NCBI RefSeq assembly: GCF_009914755.1
Contig: NC_060929.1
Origin: the human T2T-CHM13v2.0 reference genome, Homo sapiens
DNA length: 64,000 bases
Strand: one strand, 5' to 3'
Part shown: positions 51,381 through 63,700 of the stretch, one piece after another
How positions within the stretch are numbered: the first letter of the stretch is position 1
How the letters are laid out: every line of letters begins with the position of its first letter
The notes under the pieces: model-generated
Told to the model about the DNA's origin: nothing
Databases searched by the model: none
The model's input: the letters and a program-made list of their open reading frames with translations, nothing else
Program-made: the position numbers and the translations under genes

Positions 51381-54300
51381 TCACAGAGTTGAACTTTCAT
51401 TTACACAGAGCAGATTTGAAACACTCTTTTTGTGGAATTTGCAAGTGGAGATTTCAAGCACTTTGAGGCCAAAGGCAGAAAAGGAAATATCTTCGTATAA
51501 AAACTAGACAGAATCATTCTCAGAAACTGCTCTGCGATGTGTGCGTTCAACTCTCAGAGTTTAACTTTTCTTTTCATTCAGCAGTTTGGAAACACTCTGT
51601 TTGTAAAGTCTGCACGTGGATAATTTGACCACTTAGAGGCCTTCGTTGGAAACGGGTTTTTTTCATGTAAGGCTAGACAGAAGAATTCTCAGTAACTTCC
51701 TTGTGTTGTGTGTATTCAACTCACAGAGTTGAACGATCCTTTACAGAGAGCAGACTTGTAACACTCTTTTTGTGGAATTTGCAAGTGGAGATTTCAGCCG
51801 CTTTGAAGTCAAAGGTAGAAAAGGAAATATCTTCCTATAAAAACTAGACAGAATGATTCTCAGAAACTCCTTTGTGATGTGTGCGTTCAACTCACAGAGT
51901 TTAACCTTTCTTTTCATAGAGCAGTTAGGAAACACTCTGTTTGTAAAGTCTGCAAGTGGATATTCAGACCTCTTTGAGGCCTTCGTTGGAAACGGGTTTT
52001 TTTCATATAAGGCTAGACAGAAGAATTCCCAGTAACTTCCTTGTGTTGTGTGTGTTCAACTCACAGAGTTGAACTTTCATTTACACAGAGCAGATTTGAA
52101 ACACTCTTTTTGTGGAATTTGCAAGTGGAGATTTCAAGCGCTTTGAGGCCAAAGGCAGAAAAGGAAATATCTTCGTATAAAAACTAGACAGAATCATTCT
52201 CAGAAACTGCTCTGCGATGTGTGCGTTCAACTCTCAGAGTTTAACTTTTCTTTTCATTCAGCAGTTTGGAAACACTCTGTTTGTAAAGTCTGCACGTGGA
52301 TATTTTGACCACTTAGAGGCCTTCGTTGGAAACGGGTTTTTTTCCTGTAAGGCTAGACAGAAGAATTCCCAGTAACTTCCTTGTGTTGTGTACATTCAAC
52401 TCACAGAGTTGAACGTTCCCTTAGACAGAGCAGATTTGAAACACTCTTTTTGTGCAATTGGCAAGTGGAGATTTCAAGCGCTTTAAGGTCAATGGCAGAA
52501 AAGGAAATATCTTCGTTTCAAAACTAGACAGAATCATTCCCACAAACTGCGTTGTGATGTGTTCGTTCATCTCACAGAGTTTAACCTTTCTTTTCATAGA
52601 GCAGTTAGGAAACAGTCTGTTTGTAAATTCTGTAAGTGGATATTCTGACATCTTGTGGCCTTCGTTGGAAACGGGATTTCTTCATATTCTGCTAGACAGA
52701 AGAATTCTCAGAATCTTCCTTGTGTTGTGTGTATTCAACTCACAGAGTTGAACGATGGTTTACACAGAGCAGATTTGAAACACTCTTTTTGTGGAATTTG
52801 CAAGTGGAGATTTCAGCCGCTTTGAGGTCAATGGTAGAAAAGGAAATATCTTCGTATAAAAACTAGACAGAATGATTCTCAGAAACTTCTTTGTGATGTG
52901 TGCGTTCAACTCACAGAGTTTAACCTTTCTTTTCATAGAGCAGTTAGGAAACACTCTGTTTGTAAACTCTGCAAGTGGATATTCAGACCTCTTTGAGGCC
53001 TTCGTTGGAAACGGGATTTCTTCATACTGTGCTAGACAGAAGAATTCTCAGTAACTTCCTTGTGTTGTGTGTATTCAACTCACAGAGTTGACCGATCCTT
53101 TACACAGAGCAGACTTGTAACACTCTTTTTGTGGAATTTGCAAGTGGAGATTTCAGCCGCTTTGAAGTCAAAGGTAGAAAAGGGAATATCTTCCTATAAA
53201 AACTAGACAGAATGATTCTCAGAAACTCCTTTGTGATGTGTGCGTTCAACTCACAGAGTTTAACCTTTCTTTTCATAGAGCAGTTAGGAAACACTCTGTT
53301 TCTAAAGTCTGCAAGTGGATATTCAGACCTCTTTGAGGCCTTCGTTGGAAACGGGTTTTTTTCATATAAGGCTAGAGAGAAGAATTCCCAGTAACTTCCT
53401 TGTGTTGTGTGTGTTCAACTCACAGAGTTGAACTTTCATTTACACAGAGCAGATTTGAAACACTCTTTTTGTGGAATTTGCAAGTGGAGATTTCAAGCGC
53501 TGTGAGGCCAAAGGCAGAAAAGGAAATATCTTCGTATAAAAACTAGACAGAATCATTCTCAGAAACTGCTCTGCGATGTGTGCGTTCAACTCTCAGAGTT
53601 TAACTTTTCTTTTCATTCAGCAGTTTGGAAACACTCTGTTTGTAAAGTCTGCACGTGGATAATTTGACCACTTAGAGGCCTTCGTTGGAAACGGGTTTTT
53701 TTCATGTAAGGCTAGACAGAAGAATTCTCAGTAACTTCCTTGTGTTGTGTGTATTCAACTCACACAGTTGAACGATCCTTTACACAGAGCAGACTTGTAA
53801 CACTCTTTTTGTGGAATTTGCAAGTGGAGATTTCAGCCGCTTTGAAGTCAAAGGTAGAAAAGGAAATATCTTCCTATAAAAACTAGACAGAATGATTCTC
53901 AGAAACTCCTTTGTGATGTGTGCGTTCAACTCACAGTGTTTAACCTTTCTTTTCATAGAGCAGTTAGGAAACACTCTGCTTGTAAAGTCTGCAAGTGGAT
54001 ATTCAGCCCTCTTTGAGGCCTTCGTTGGAAACGGGTTTTTTTCATATAAGGCTAGACAGAAGAATTCCCAGTAACTTCCTTGTGTTGTGTGTGTTCAACT
54101 CACAGAGTTGAACTTTCATTTACACAGAGCAGATTTGAAACACTCTTTGTGGAATTTGCAAGTGGAGATTTCAAGCGCTTTGAGGCCAAAGGCAGAAAAG
54201 GAAATATCTTCGTATAAAAACTAGACAGAATCATTCTCAGAAACTGCTCTGCGATGTGTGCGTTCAACTCTCAGAGTTTAACTTTTCTTTTCATTCAGCA

Positions 54301-54696
54301 GTTTGGAAACACTCTGTTTGTAAAGTCTGCACGTGGATATTTTGACCACTTAGAGGCCTTCGTTGGAAACGGGTTTTTTTCCTGTAAGGCTAGACAGAAG
54401 AATTCCCAGTAACTTCCTTGTGTTGTGTACATTCAACTCACAGAGTTGAAAGTTCCCTTAGACAGAGCAGATTTGAAACACTCTTTTTGTGCAATTGGCA
54501 AGTGGAGATTTCAAGCGCTTTAAGGTCAATGGCAGAAAAGGAAATATCTTCGTTTCAAAACTAGACAGATTCATTCCCACAAACTGCGTTGTGATGTGTT
54601 CGTTCAACTCACAGAGTTTAACCTTTCTTTTCATAGAGCAGTTAGGAAACAGTCCGTTTGAAAATTCTGTAAGTGGATATTCTGACATCTTGTGGC

Positions 54697-54713
54697 CTTC
54701 GTTGGAAACGAGA
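54697..54713 (+). promoter_or_regulatory. Core-disrupted CENP-B box (CGGG>CGAG)
   Basis: CTTCGTTGGAAACGAGA; G>A at 54711 (visible as LETRF in ORF 54489). Confidence 0.85.
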
Positions 54714-57700
54714 TTTCTTCATATTCTGCTAGACAGAAGAATTCTCAGATTCTTCCTTGTGTTGTGTGTATTCAACTCACAGAGTTGAACGATGGTTTAC
54801 ACAGAGCAGATTTGAAACACTCATTTGGTGGAATTTGCAAGTGGAGATTTCAGCCGCTTTGAGGTCAATGGTAGAAAAGGAAATATCTTCGTATAACAAC
54901 TAGACAGAATGATTCTCAGAAACTTCTTTGTGATGTGTGTGTTCAACTCACAGAGTTTAACCTTTCTTTTCATAGAGCAGTTAGGAAACACTGTGTTTTT
55001 AAACTCTGCAAGTGGATATTCAGACCTCTTTGAGGCCTTCGTTGGAAACGGGTTTCTTCATACTGTGCTAGACAGAAGAATTCTCAGTAACTTCCTTGTG
55101 TTGTGTGTATTCAACTCACAGAGTTGAACGATCCTTTACACAGAGCAGACTTGAAACACTCTTTTTGTGGAATTTGCAAGTGGAGATTTCAGCCGCGTTG
55201 AGGTCAATGGTAGAAAAGGAAATATCTTCGTATAAAAACTAGACAGAATGATTCTCAGAAACTCCTTTGTGATGTGTGTGTTCAACTCACAGAGTTTAAC
55301 ATTTCTTTTCATAGAGCAGTTAGGAAACACTCTGTTTGTAAAGTCTGCAAGTGGATATTCAGACCTCTTTGAGGCCTTCGTTGGAAACGGGTTTTTTTCA
55401 TATAAGGCTAGACAGAAGAATTCCCAGTAACTTCCTTGTGTTGTGTGTGTTCAACTCACAGAGTTGAACTTTCGTTTACACAGAGCAGATTTGAAACACT
55501 CTTTTTGTGGAATTTGCAAATGGAGATTTCAAGCGCTTTGAGGCCAAAGGCAGAAAAGGAAATATCTTCGTATAAAAACTAGACAGAATCATTCTCAGAA
55601 ACTGCTCTGCGATGTGTGCGTTCAACTCTCAGAGTTTAACTTTGCTTTTCATTCAGCAGTTTGGAAACACTCTGTTTGTAAAGTCTGCACGTGGATAATT
55701 TGACCACTTAGAGGCCTTCGTTGGAAACGGGATTTCTTCATACTGAGCTAGACAGAAGAATTCTCAGTAACTTCCTTGTGTTGTGTGTATTCAACTCACA
55801 GAGTTGACCGATCCTTTACACAGAGCAGACTTGTAACACTCTTTTTGTGGAATTTGCAAGTGGAGATTTCAGCCGCTTTGAAGTCAAAGTAGAAAAGGAA
55901 ATATCTTCCTATAAAAACTAGACAGAATGATTCTCAGAAACTCCTTTGTGATGTGTGCGTTCAACTCACAGAGTTTAACCTTTCTTTTCATAGAGCAGTT
56001 AGGAAACACTCTGTTTGTAAAGTCTGCAAGTGGATATTCAGACCTCTTTGAGGCCTTCGTTGGAAACGGGTTTTTTTCATATAAGGCTAGACAGAAGAAT
56101 TCCCAGTAACTTCCTTGTGTTGTGTGTGTTCAGCTCACAGAGTTGAACTTTCATTTACACAGAGCAGATTTGAAACACTCTTTTTGTGGAATTTGCAGGT
56201 GGAGATTTCAAGCGCTTTGAGGCCAAAGGCAGAAAAGGAAATATCTTCGTATAAAAACTAGACAGAATCATTCTCAGAAACTGCTCTGCGATGTGTGCGT
56301 TCAACTCTCAGAGTTTAACTTTTCTTTTCATTCAGCAGTTTGGAAACACTCTGTTTGTAAAGTCTGCACGTGGATAATTTGACCACTTAGAGGCCTTCGT
56401 TGGAAACGGGTTTTTTTCATGTAAGGCTAGACAGAAGAATTCTCAGTAACTTCCTTGTGTTGTGTGTATTCAACTCACAGAGTTGAACGATCCTTTACAC
56501 AGAGCAGACTTGTAACACTCTTTTTGTGGAATTTGCAAGTGGAGATTTCAGCCGCTTTGAAGTCAAAGGTAGAAAAGGAAATATCTTCCTATAAAAACTA
56601 GACAGAATGATTCTCAGAAACTCCTTTGTGATGTGTGCGTTCAACTCACAGAGTTTAACCTTTCTTTTCATAGAGCAGTTAGGAAACACTCTGCTTGTAA
56701 AGTCTGCAAGTGGATATTCAGACCTCTTTGAGGCCTTCGTTGGAAACGGGTTTTTTTCATATAAGGCTAGACAGAAGAATTCCCAGTAACTTCCTTGTGT
56801 TGTGTGTGTTCAACTCACAGAGTTGAACTTTCATTTACACAGAGCAGATTTGAAACACTCTTTTTGTGGAATTTGCAAGTGGAGATTTCAAGCGCTTTGA
56901 GGCCAAAGGCAGAAAAGGAAATATCTTCGTATAAAAACTAGACAGAATCATTCTCAGAAACTGCTCTGCGATGTGTGCGTTCAACTCTCAGAGTTTAACT
57001 TTTCTTTTCATTCAGCAGTTTGGAAACACTCTGTTTGTAAAGTCTGCACGTGGATATTTTGACCACTTAGAGGCCTTCGTTGGAAACGGGTTTTTTTCCT
57101 GTAAGGCTAGACAGAAGAATTCCCAGTAACTTCCTTGTGTTGTGTACATTCAACTCACAGAGTTGAACGTTCCCTTAGACAGAGCAGATTTGAAACACTC
57201 TTTTTGTGCAATTGGCAAGTGGAGATTTCAAGCGCTTTGAGGTCAATGGCAGAAAAGGAAATATCTTCGTTTCAAAACTAGACAGAATCATTCCCACAAA
57301 CTGCGTTGTGATGTGTTCGTTCAACTCACAGAGTTTAACCTTTCTTTTCATAGAGCAGTTAGGAAACAGTCTGTTTGAAAATTCTGTAAGTGGATATTCT
57401 GACATCTTGTGGCCTTCGTTGGAAACGGGATTTCTTCATATTCTGCTAGACAGAAGAATTCTCAGAATCTTCCTTGTGTTGTGTGTATTCAACTCACAGA
57501 GTTGAACGATGGTTTACACAGAGCAGATTTGAAACACTCATTTGGTGGAATTTGCAAGTGGAGATTTCAGCCGCTTTGAGGTCAATGGTAGAAAAGGAAA
57601 TATCTTCGTATAAAAACTAGACAGAATGATTCTCAGAAACTTCTTTGTGATGTGTGTGTTCAACTCACAGAGTTTAACCTTTCTTTTCATAGAGCAGTTA

Positions 57701-60700
57701 GGAAACACTGTGTTTTTAAACTCTGCAAGTGGATATTCAGACCTCTTTGAGGCCTTCGTTGGAAACGGGTTTCTTCATACTGTGCTAGACAGAAGAATTC
57801 TCAGTAACTTCCTTGTGTTGTGTGTATTCAACTCACAGAGTTGAACGATCCTTTACACAGAGCAGACTTGAAACACTCTTTTTGTGGAATTTGCAAGTGG
57901 AGATTTCAGCCGCGTTGAGGTCAATGGTAGAAAAGGAAATATCTTCGTATAAAAACTAGACAGAATGATTCTCAGAAACTCCTTTGTGATGTGTGTGTTC
58001 AACTCACAGAGTTTAACATTTCTTTTCATAGAGCAGTTAGGAAACACTCTGTTTGTAAAGTCTGCAAGTGGATATTCAGACCTCTTTGAGGCCTTCGTTG
58101 GAAACGGGTTTTTTCATATAAGGCTAGACAGAAGAATTCCCAGTAACTTCCTTGTGTTGTGTGTGTTCAACTCACAGAGTTGAACTTTCATTTACACAGA
58201 GCAGATTTGAAACACTCTTTTTGTGGAATTTGCAAATGGAGATTTCAAGCGCTTTGAGGCCAAAGGCAGAAAAGGAAATATCTTCGTATAAAACCTAGAC
58301 AGAATCATTCTCAGAAACTGCTCTGCGATGTGTGCGTTCAACTCTCAGAGTTTAACTTTTCTTTTCATTCAGCAGTTTGGAAACACTCTGTTTGTAAAGT
58401 CTGCACGTGGATAATTTGACCACTTAGAGGCCTTCGTTGGAAACGGGTTTTTTTCATGTAAGGCTAGACAGAAGAATTCTCAGTAACTTCCTTGTGTTGT
58501 GTGTATTCAACTCACAGAGTTGAACGATCCTTTACACAGAGCAGACTTGTAACACTCTTTTTGTGGAATTTGCAAGTGGAGATTTCAGCCGCTTTGAAGT
58601 CAAAGGTAGAAAAGGGAATATCTTCCTATAAAAACTAGACAGAATGATTCTCAGAAACTCCTTTGTGATGTGTGCGTTCAACTCACAGAGTTTAACCTTT
58701 CTTTTCATAGAGCAGTTAGGAAACACTCTGTTTCTAAAGTCTGCAAGTGGATATTCAGACCTCTTTGAGGCCTTCGTTGGAAACGGGTTTTTTTCATATA
58801 AGGCTAGAGAGAAGAATTCCCAGTAACTTCCTTGTGTTGTGTGTGTTCAACTCACAGAGTTGAACTTTCATTTACACAGAGCAGATTTGAAACACTCTTT
58901 TTGTGGAATTTGCAAGTGGAGATTTCAAGCGCTGTGAGGCCAAAGGCAGAAAAGGAAATATCTTCGTATAAAAACTAGACAGAATCATTCTCAGAAACTG
59001 CTCTGCGATGTGTGCGTTCAACTCTCAGAGTTTAACTTTTCTTTTCATTCAGCAGTTTGGAAACACTCTGTTTGTAAAGTCTGCACGTGGATAATTTGAC
59101 CACTTAGAGGCCTTCGTTGGAAACGGGTTTTTTTCATGTAAGGCTAGACAGAAGAATTCTCAGTAACTTCCTTGTGTTGTGTGTATTCAACTCACACAGT
59201 TGAACGATCCTTTACACAGAGCAGACTTGTAACACTCTTTTTGTGGAATTTGCAAGTGGAGATTTCAGCCGCTTTGAAGTCAAAGGTAGAAAAGGAAATA
59301 TCTTCCTATAAAAATTAGACAGAAAGATTCTCAGAAATTCCTTTGTGATGTGTGCGTTCAACTCACAGAGTTTAACCTTTCTTTTCATAGAGCAGTTAGG
59401 AAACACTCTGTTTGTAAAGTCTGCAAGTGGATATTCAGACCTCTTTGAGGCCTTCGTTGGAAACGGGTTTTTTTCATATAAGGCTAGACAGAAGAATTCC
59501 CAGTAACTTCCTTGTGTTGTGTGTGTTCAACTCACAGAGTTGAACTTTCATTTACACAGAGCAGATTTGAAACACTCTTTTTGTGGAATTTGCAAGTAGA
59601 GATTTCAAGCGCTTTGAGGCCAAAGGCAGAAAAGGAAATATCATCGTATAAAAACTAGACAGAATCATTCTCAGAAACTGCTCTGTGATGTGTGCGTTCA
59701 ACTCTCAGAGTTTAACTTTTCTTTTCATTCAGCAGTTTGGAAACACTCTGTTTGTAAAGTCTGCACGTGGATAATTTGACCACTTAGAGGCCTTCGTTGG
59801 AAACGGGTTTTTTTCATGTAAGGCTAGACAGAAGAGTTCTCAGTAACTTCCTTGTGTTGTGTGTATTCAACTCACACAGTTGAACGATCCTTTACAGAGA
59901 GCAGACTTGTAACACTCTTTTTGTGGAATTTGCAAGTGGAGATTTCAGCCGCTTTGAAGTCAAAGTAGAAAAGGAAATATCTTCCTATAAAAACTAGACA
60001 GAATGATTCTCAGAAACTCCTTTGTGATGTGTGCGTTCAACTCACAGAGTTTAACCTTTCTTTTCATAGAGCAGTTAGGAAACACTCTGTTTGTAAAGTC
60101 TGCAAGTGGATATTCAGACCTCTTTGAGGCCTTCGTTGGAAACGGGTTTTTTTCATATAAGGCTAGACAGAAGAATTCCCAGTAACTTCCTTGTGTTGTG
60201 TGTGTTCAACTCACAGAGTTGAACTTTCATTTACACAGAGCAGATTTGAAACACTCTTTTTGTGGAATTTGCAGGTGGAGATTTCAAGCGCTTTGAGGCC
60301 AAAGGCAGAAAAGGAAATATCTTCGTATAAAAACTAGACAGAATCATTCTCAGAAACTGCTCTGCGATGTGTGCGTTCAACTCTCAGAGTTTAACTTTTC
60401 TTTTCATTCAGCAGTTTGGAAACACTCTGTTTGTAAAGTCTGCACGTGGATAATTTGACCACTTAGAGGCCTTCGTTGGAAACGGGTTTTTTTCATGTAA
60501 GGCTAGACAGAAGAATTCTCAGTAACTTCCTTGTGTTGTGTGTATTCAACTCACAGAGTTGAACGATCCTTTACACAGAGCAGACTTGTAACACTCTTTT
60601 TGTGGAATTTGCAAGTGGAGATTTCAGCCGCTTTGAAGTCAAAGGTAGAAAAGGAAATATCTTCCTATAAAAACTAGACAGAATGATTCTCAGAAACTCC

Positions 60701-63700
60701 TTTGTGATGTGTGCGTTCAACTCACAGAGTTTAACCTTTCTTTTCATAGAGCAGTTAGGAAACACTCTGCTTGTAAAGTCTGCAAGTGCATATTCAGCCC
60801 TCTTTGAGGCCTTCGTTGGAAACGGGTTTTTTTCATATAAGGCTAGACAGAAGAATTCCCAGTAACTTCCTTGTGTTGTGTGTGTTCAACTCACAGAGTT
60901 GAACTTTCATTTACACAGAGCAGATTTGAAACACTCTTTTTGTGGAATTTGCAAGTGGAGATTTCAAGCGCTTTGAGGCCAAAGGCAGAAAAGGAAATAT
61001 CTTCGTATAAAAACTAGACAGAATCATTCTCAGAAACTGCTCTGCGATGTGTGCGTTCAACTCTCAGAGTTTAACTTTTCTTTTCATTCAGCAGTTTGGA
61101 AACACTCTGTTTGTAAAGTCTGCACGTGGATATTTTGACCACTTAGAGGCCTTCGTTGGAAACGGGTTTTTTTCCTGTAAGGCTAGACAGAAGAATTCCC
61201 AGTAACTTCCTTGTGTTGTGTACATTCAACTCACAGAGTTGAACGTTCCCTTAGACAGAGCAGATTTGAAACACTCTTTTTGTGCAATTGGCAAGTGGAG
61301 ATTTCAAGCGCTTTGAGGTCAATGGCAGAAAAGGAAATATCTTCGTTTCAAAACTAGACAGAATCATTCCCACAAACTGCGTTGTGATGTGTTCGTTCAA
61401 CTCACAGAGTTTAACCTTTCTTTTCATAGAGCAGTTAGGAAACAGTCTCTTTGAAAATTCTGTAAGTGGATATTCTGACATCTTGTGGCCTTCGTTGGAA
61501 ACGGGATTTCTTCATATTCTGCTAGACAGAAGAATTCTCAGAATCTTCCTTGTGTTGTGTGTATTCAACTCACAGAGTTGAACGATCGTTTACACAGAGC
61601 AGATTTGAAACACTCATTTGGTGGAATTTGCAAGTGGAGATTTCAGCCGCTTTGAGGTCAATGGTAGAAAAGGAAATATCTTCGTATAAAAACTAGACAG
61701 AATGATTCTCAGAAACTTCTTTGTGATGTGTGTGTTCAACTCACAGAGTTTAACCTTTCTTTTCATAGAGCAGTTAGGAAACACGGTGTTTTTAAACTCT
61801 GCAAGTGGATATTCAGACCTCTTTGAGGCCTTCGTTGGAAACGGGTTTCTTCATACTGTGCTAGACAGAAGAATTCTCAGTAACTTCCTTGTGTTGTGTG
61901 TATTCAACTCACAGAGTTGAACGATCCTTTACACAGAGCAGACTTGAAACACTCTTTTTGTGGAATTTGCAAGTGGAGATTTCAGCCGCGTTGAGGTCAA
62001 TGGTAGAAAAGGAAATATCTTCGTATAAAAACTAGACAGAATGATTCTCAGAAACTCCTTTGTGATGTGTGTGTTCAACTCACAGAGTTTAACATTTCTT
62101 TTCATAGAGCAGTTAGGAAACACTCTGTTTGTAAAGTCTGCAAGTGGATATTCAGACCTCTTTGAGGCCTTCGTTGGAAACGGGTTTTTTTCATATAAGG
62201 CTAGACAGAAGAATTCCCAGTAACTTCCTTGTGTTGTGTGTGTTCAACTCACAGAGTTGAACTTTCATTTACACAGAGCAGATTTGAAACACTCTTTTTG
62301 TGGAATTTGCAAATGGAGATTTCAAGCGCTTTGAGGCCAAAGGCAGAAAAGGAAATATCTTCGTATAAAAACTAGACAGAATCATTCTCAGAAACTGCTC
62401 TGCGATGTGTGCGTTCAACTCTCAGAGTTTAACTTTTCTTTTCATTCAGCAGTTTGGAAACACTCTGTTTGTAAAGTCTGCACGTGGATAATTTGACCAC
62501 TTAGAGGCCTTCGTTGGAAACGGGTTTTTTTCATGTAAGGCTAGACAGAAGAATTCTCAGTAACTTCCTTGTGTTGTGTGTATTCAACTCACAGAGTTGA
62601 ACGATCCTTTACACAGAGCAGACTTGTAACACTCTTTTTGTGGAATTTGCAAGTGGAGATTTCAGCCGCTTTGAAGTCAAAGGTAGAAAAGGAAATATCT
62701 TCCTATAAAAACTAGACAGAATGATTCTCAGAAACTCCTTTGTGATGTGTACGTTCAACTCACAGAGTTTAACCTTTCTTTTCATAGAGCAGTTAGGAAA
62801 CACTCTGTTTGTAAAGTCTGCAAGTGGATATTGAGACCTCTTTGAGGCCTTCGTTGGAAACGGGTTTTTTTCATATAAGGCTAGACAGAAGGATTCCCAG
62901 TAACTTCCTTGTGTTGTGTGTGTTCAACTCACAGAGTTGAACTTTCATTTACAAAGAGCAGATTTGAAACACTCTTTTTGTGGAATTTGCAAGTGGAGAT
63001 TTCAAGCGCTTTGAGGCCAAAGGCAGAAAAGGAAATATCTTCGTATAAAAACTAGACAGAATCATTCTCAGAAACTGCTCTGCGATGTGTGCGTTCAACT
63101 CTCAGAGTTTAACTTTTCTTTTCATTCAGCAGTTTGGAAACACTCTGTTTGTAAAGTCTGCACGTGGATAATTTGACCACTTAGAGGCCTTCGTTGGAAA
63201 CGGGTTTTTTTCATGTAAGGCTAGACAGAAGAATTCTCAGTAACTTCCTTGTGTTGTGTGTATTCAACTCACAGAGTTGAACGATCCTTTACACAGAGCA
63301 GACTTGTAACACTCTTTTTGTGGAATTTGCAAGTGGAGATTTCAGCCGCTTTGAAGTCAAAGGTAGAAAAGGAAATATCTTCCTATAAAAACTAGACAGA
63401 ATGATTCTCAGAAACTCCTTTGTGATGTGTGCGTTCAACTCACAGAGTTTAACCTTTCTTTTCATAGAGCAGTTAGGAAACACTCTGCTTGTAAAGTCTG
63501 CAAGTGGATATTCAGCCCTCTTTGAGGCCTTCGTTGGAAACGGGTTTTTTTCATATAAGGCTAGACAGAAGAATTCCCAGTAACTTCCTTGTGTTGTGTG
63601 TGTTCAACTCACAGAGTTGAACTTTCATTTACACAGAGCAGATTTGAAACACTCTTTTTGTGGAATTTACAAGTGGAGATTTCAAGCGCTTTGAGGCCAA

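Noticed and set aside
106-63583. Numerous 60-127 aa ORFs on both strands (MFPNCSMKRK..., MILRNSFVMC..., MQLASGDFKR..., MSEYPLTEF...)
   Set aside because: They are translations of satellite monomers that recur with the repeat period, overlap on opposite strands, and are freely broken by indels and stops. They have no recognisable domain. I used them only as variant markers.
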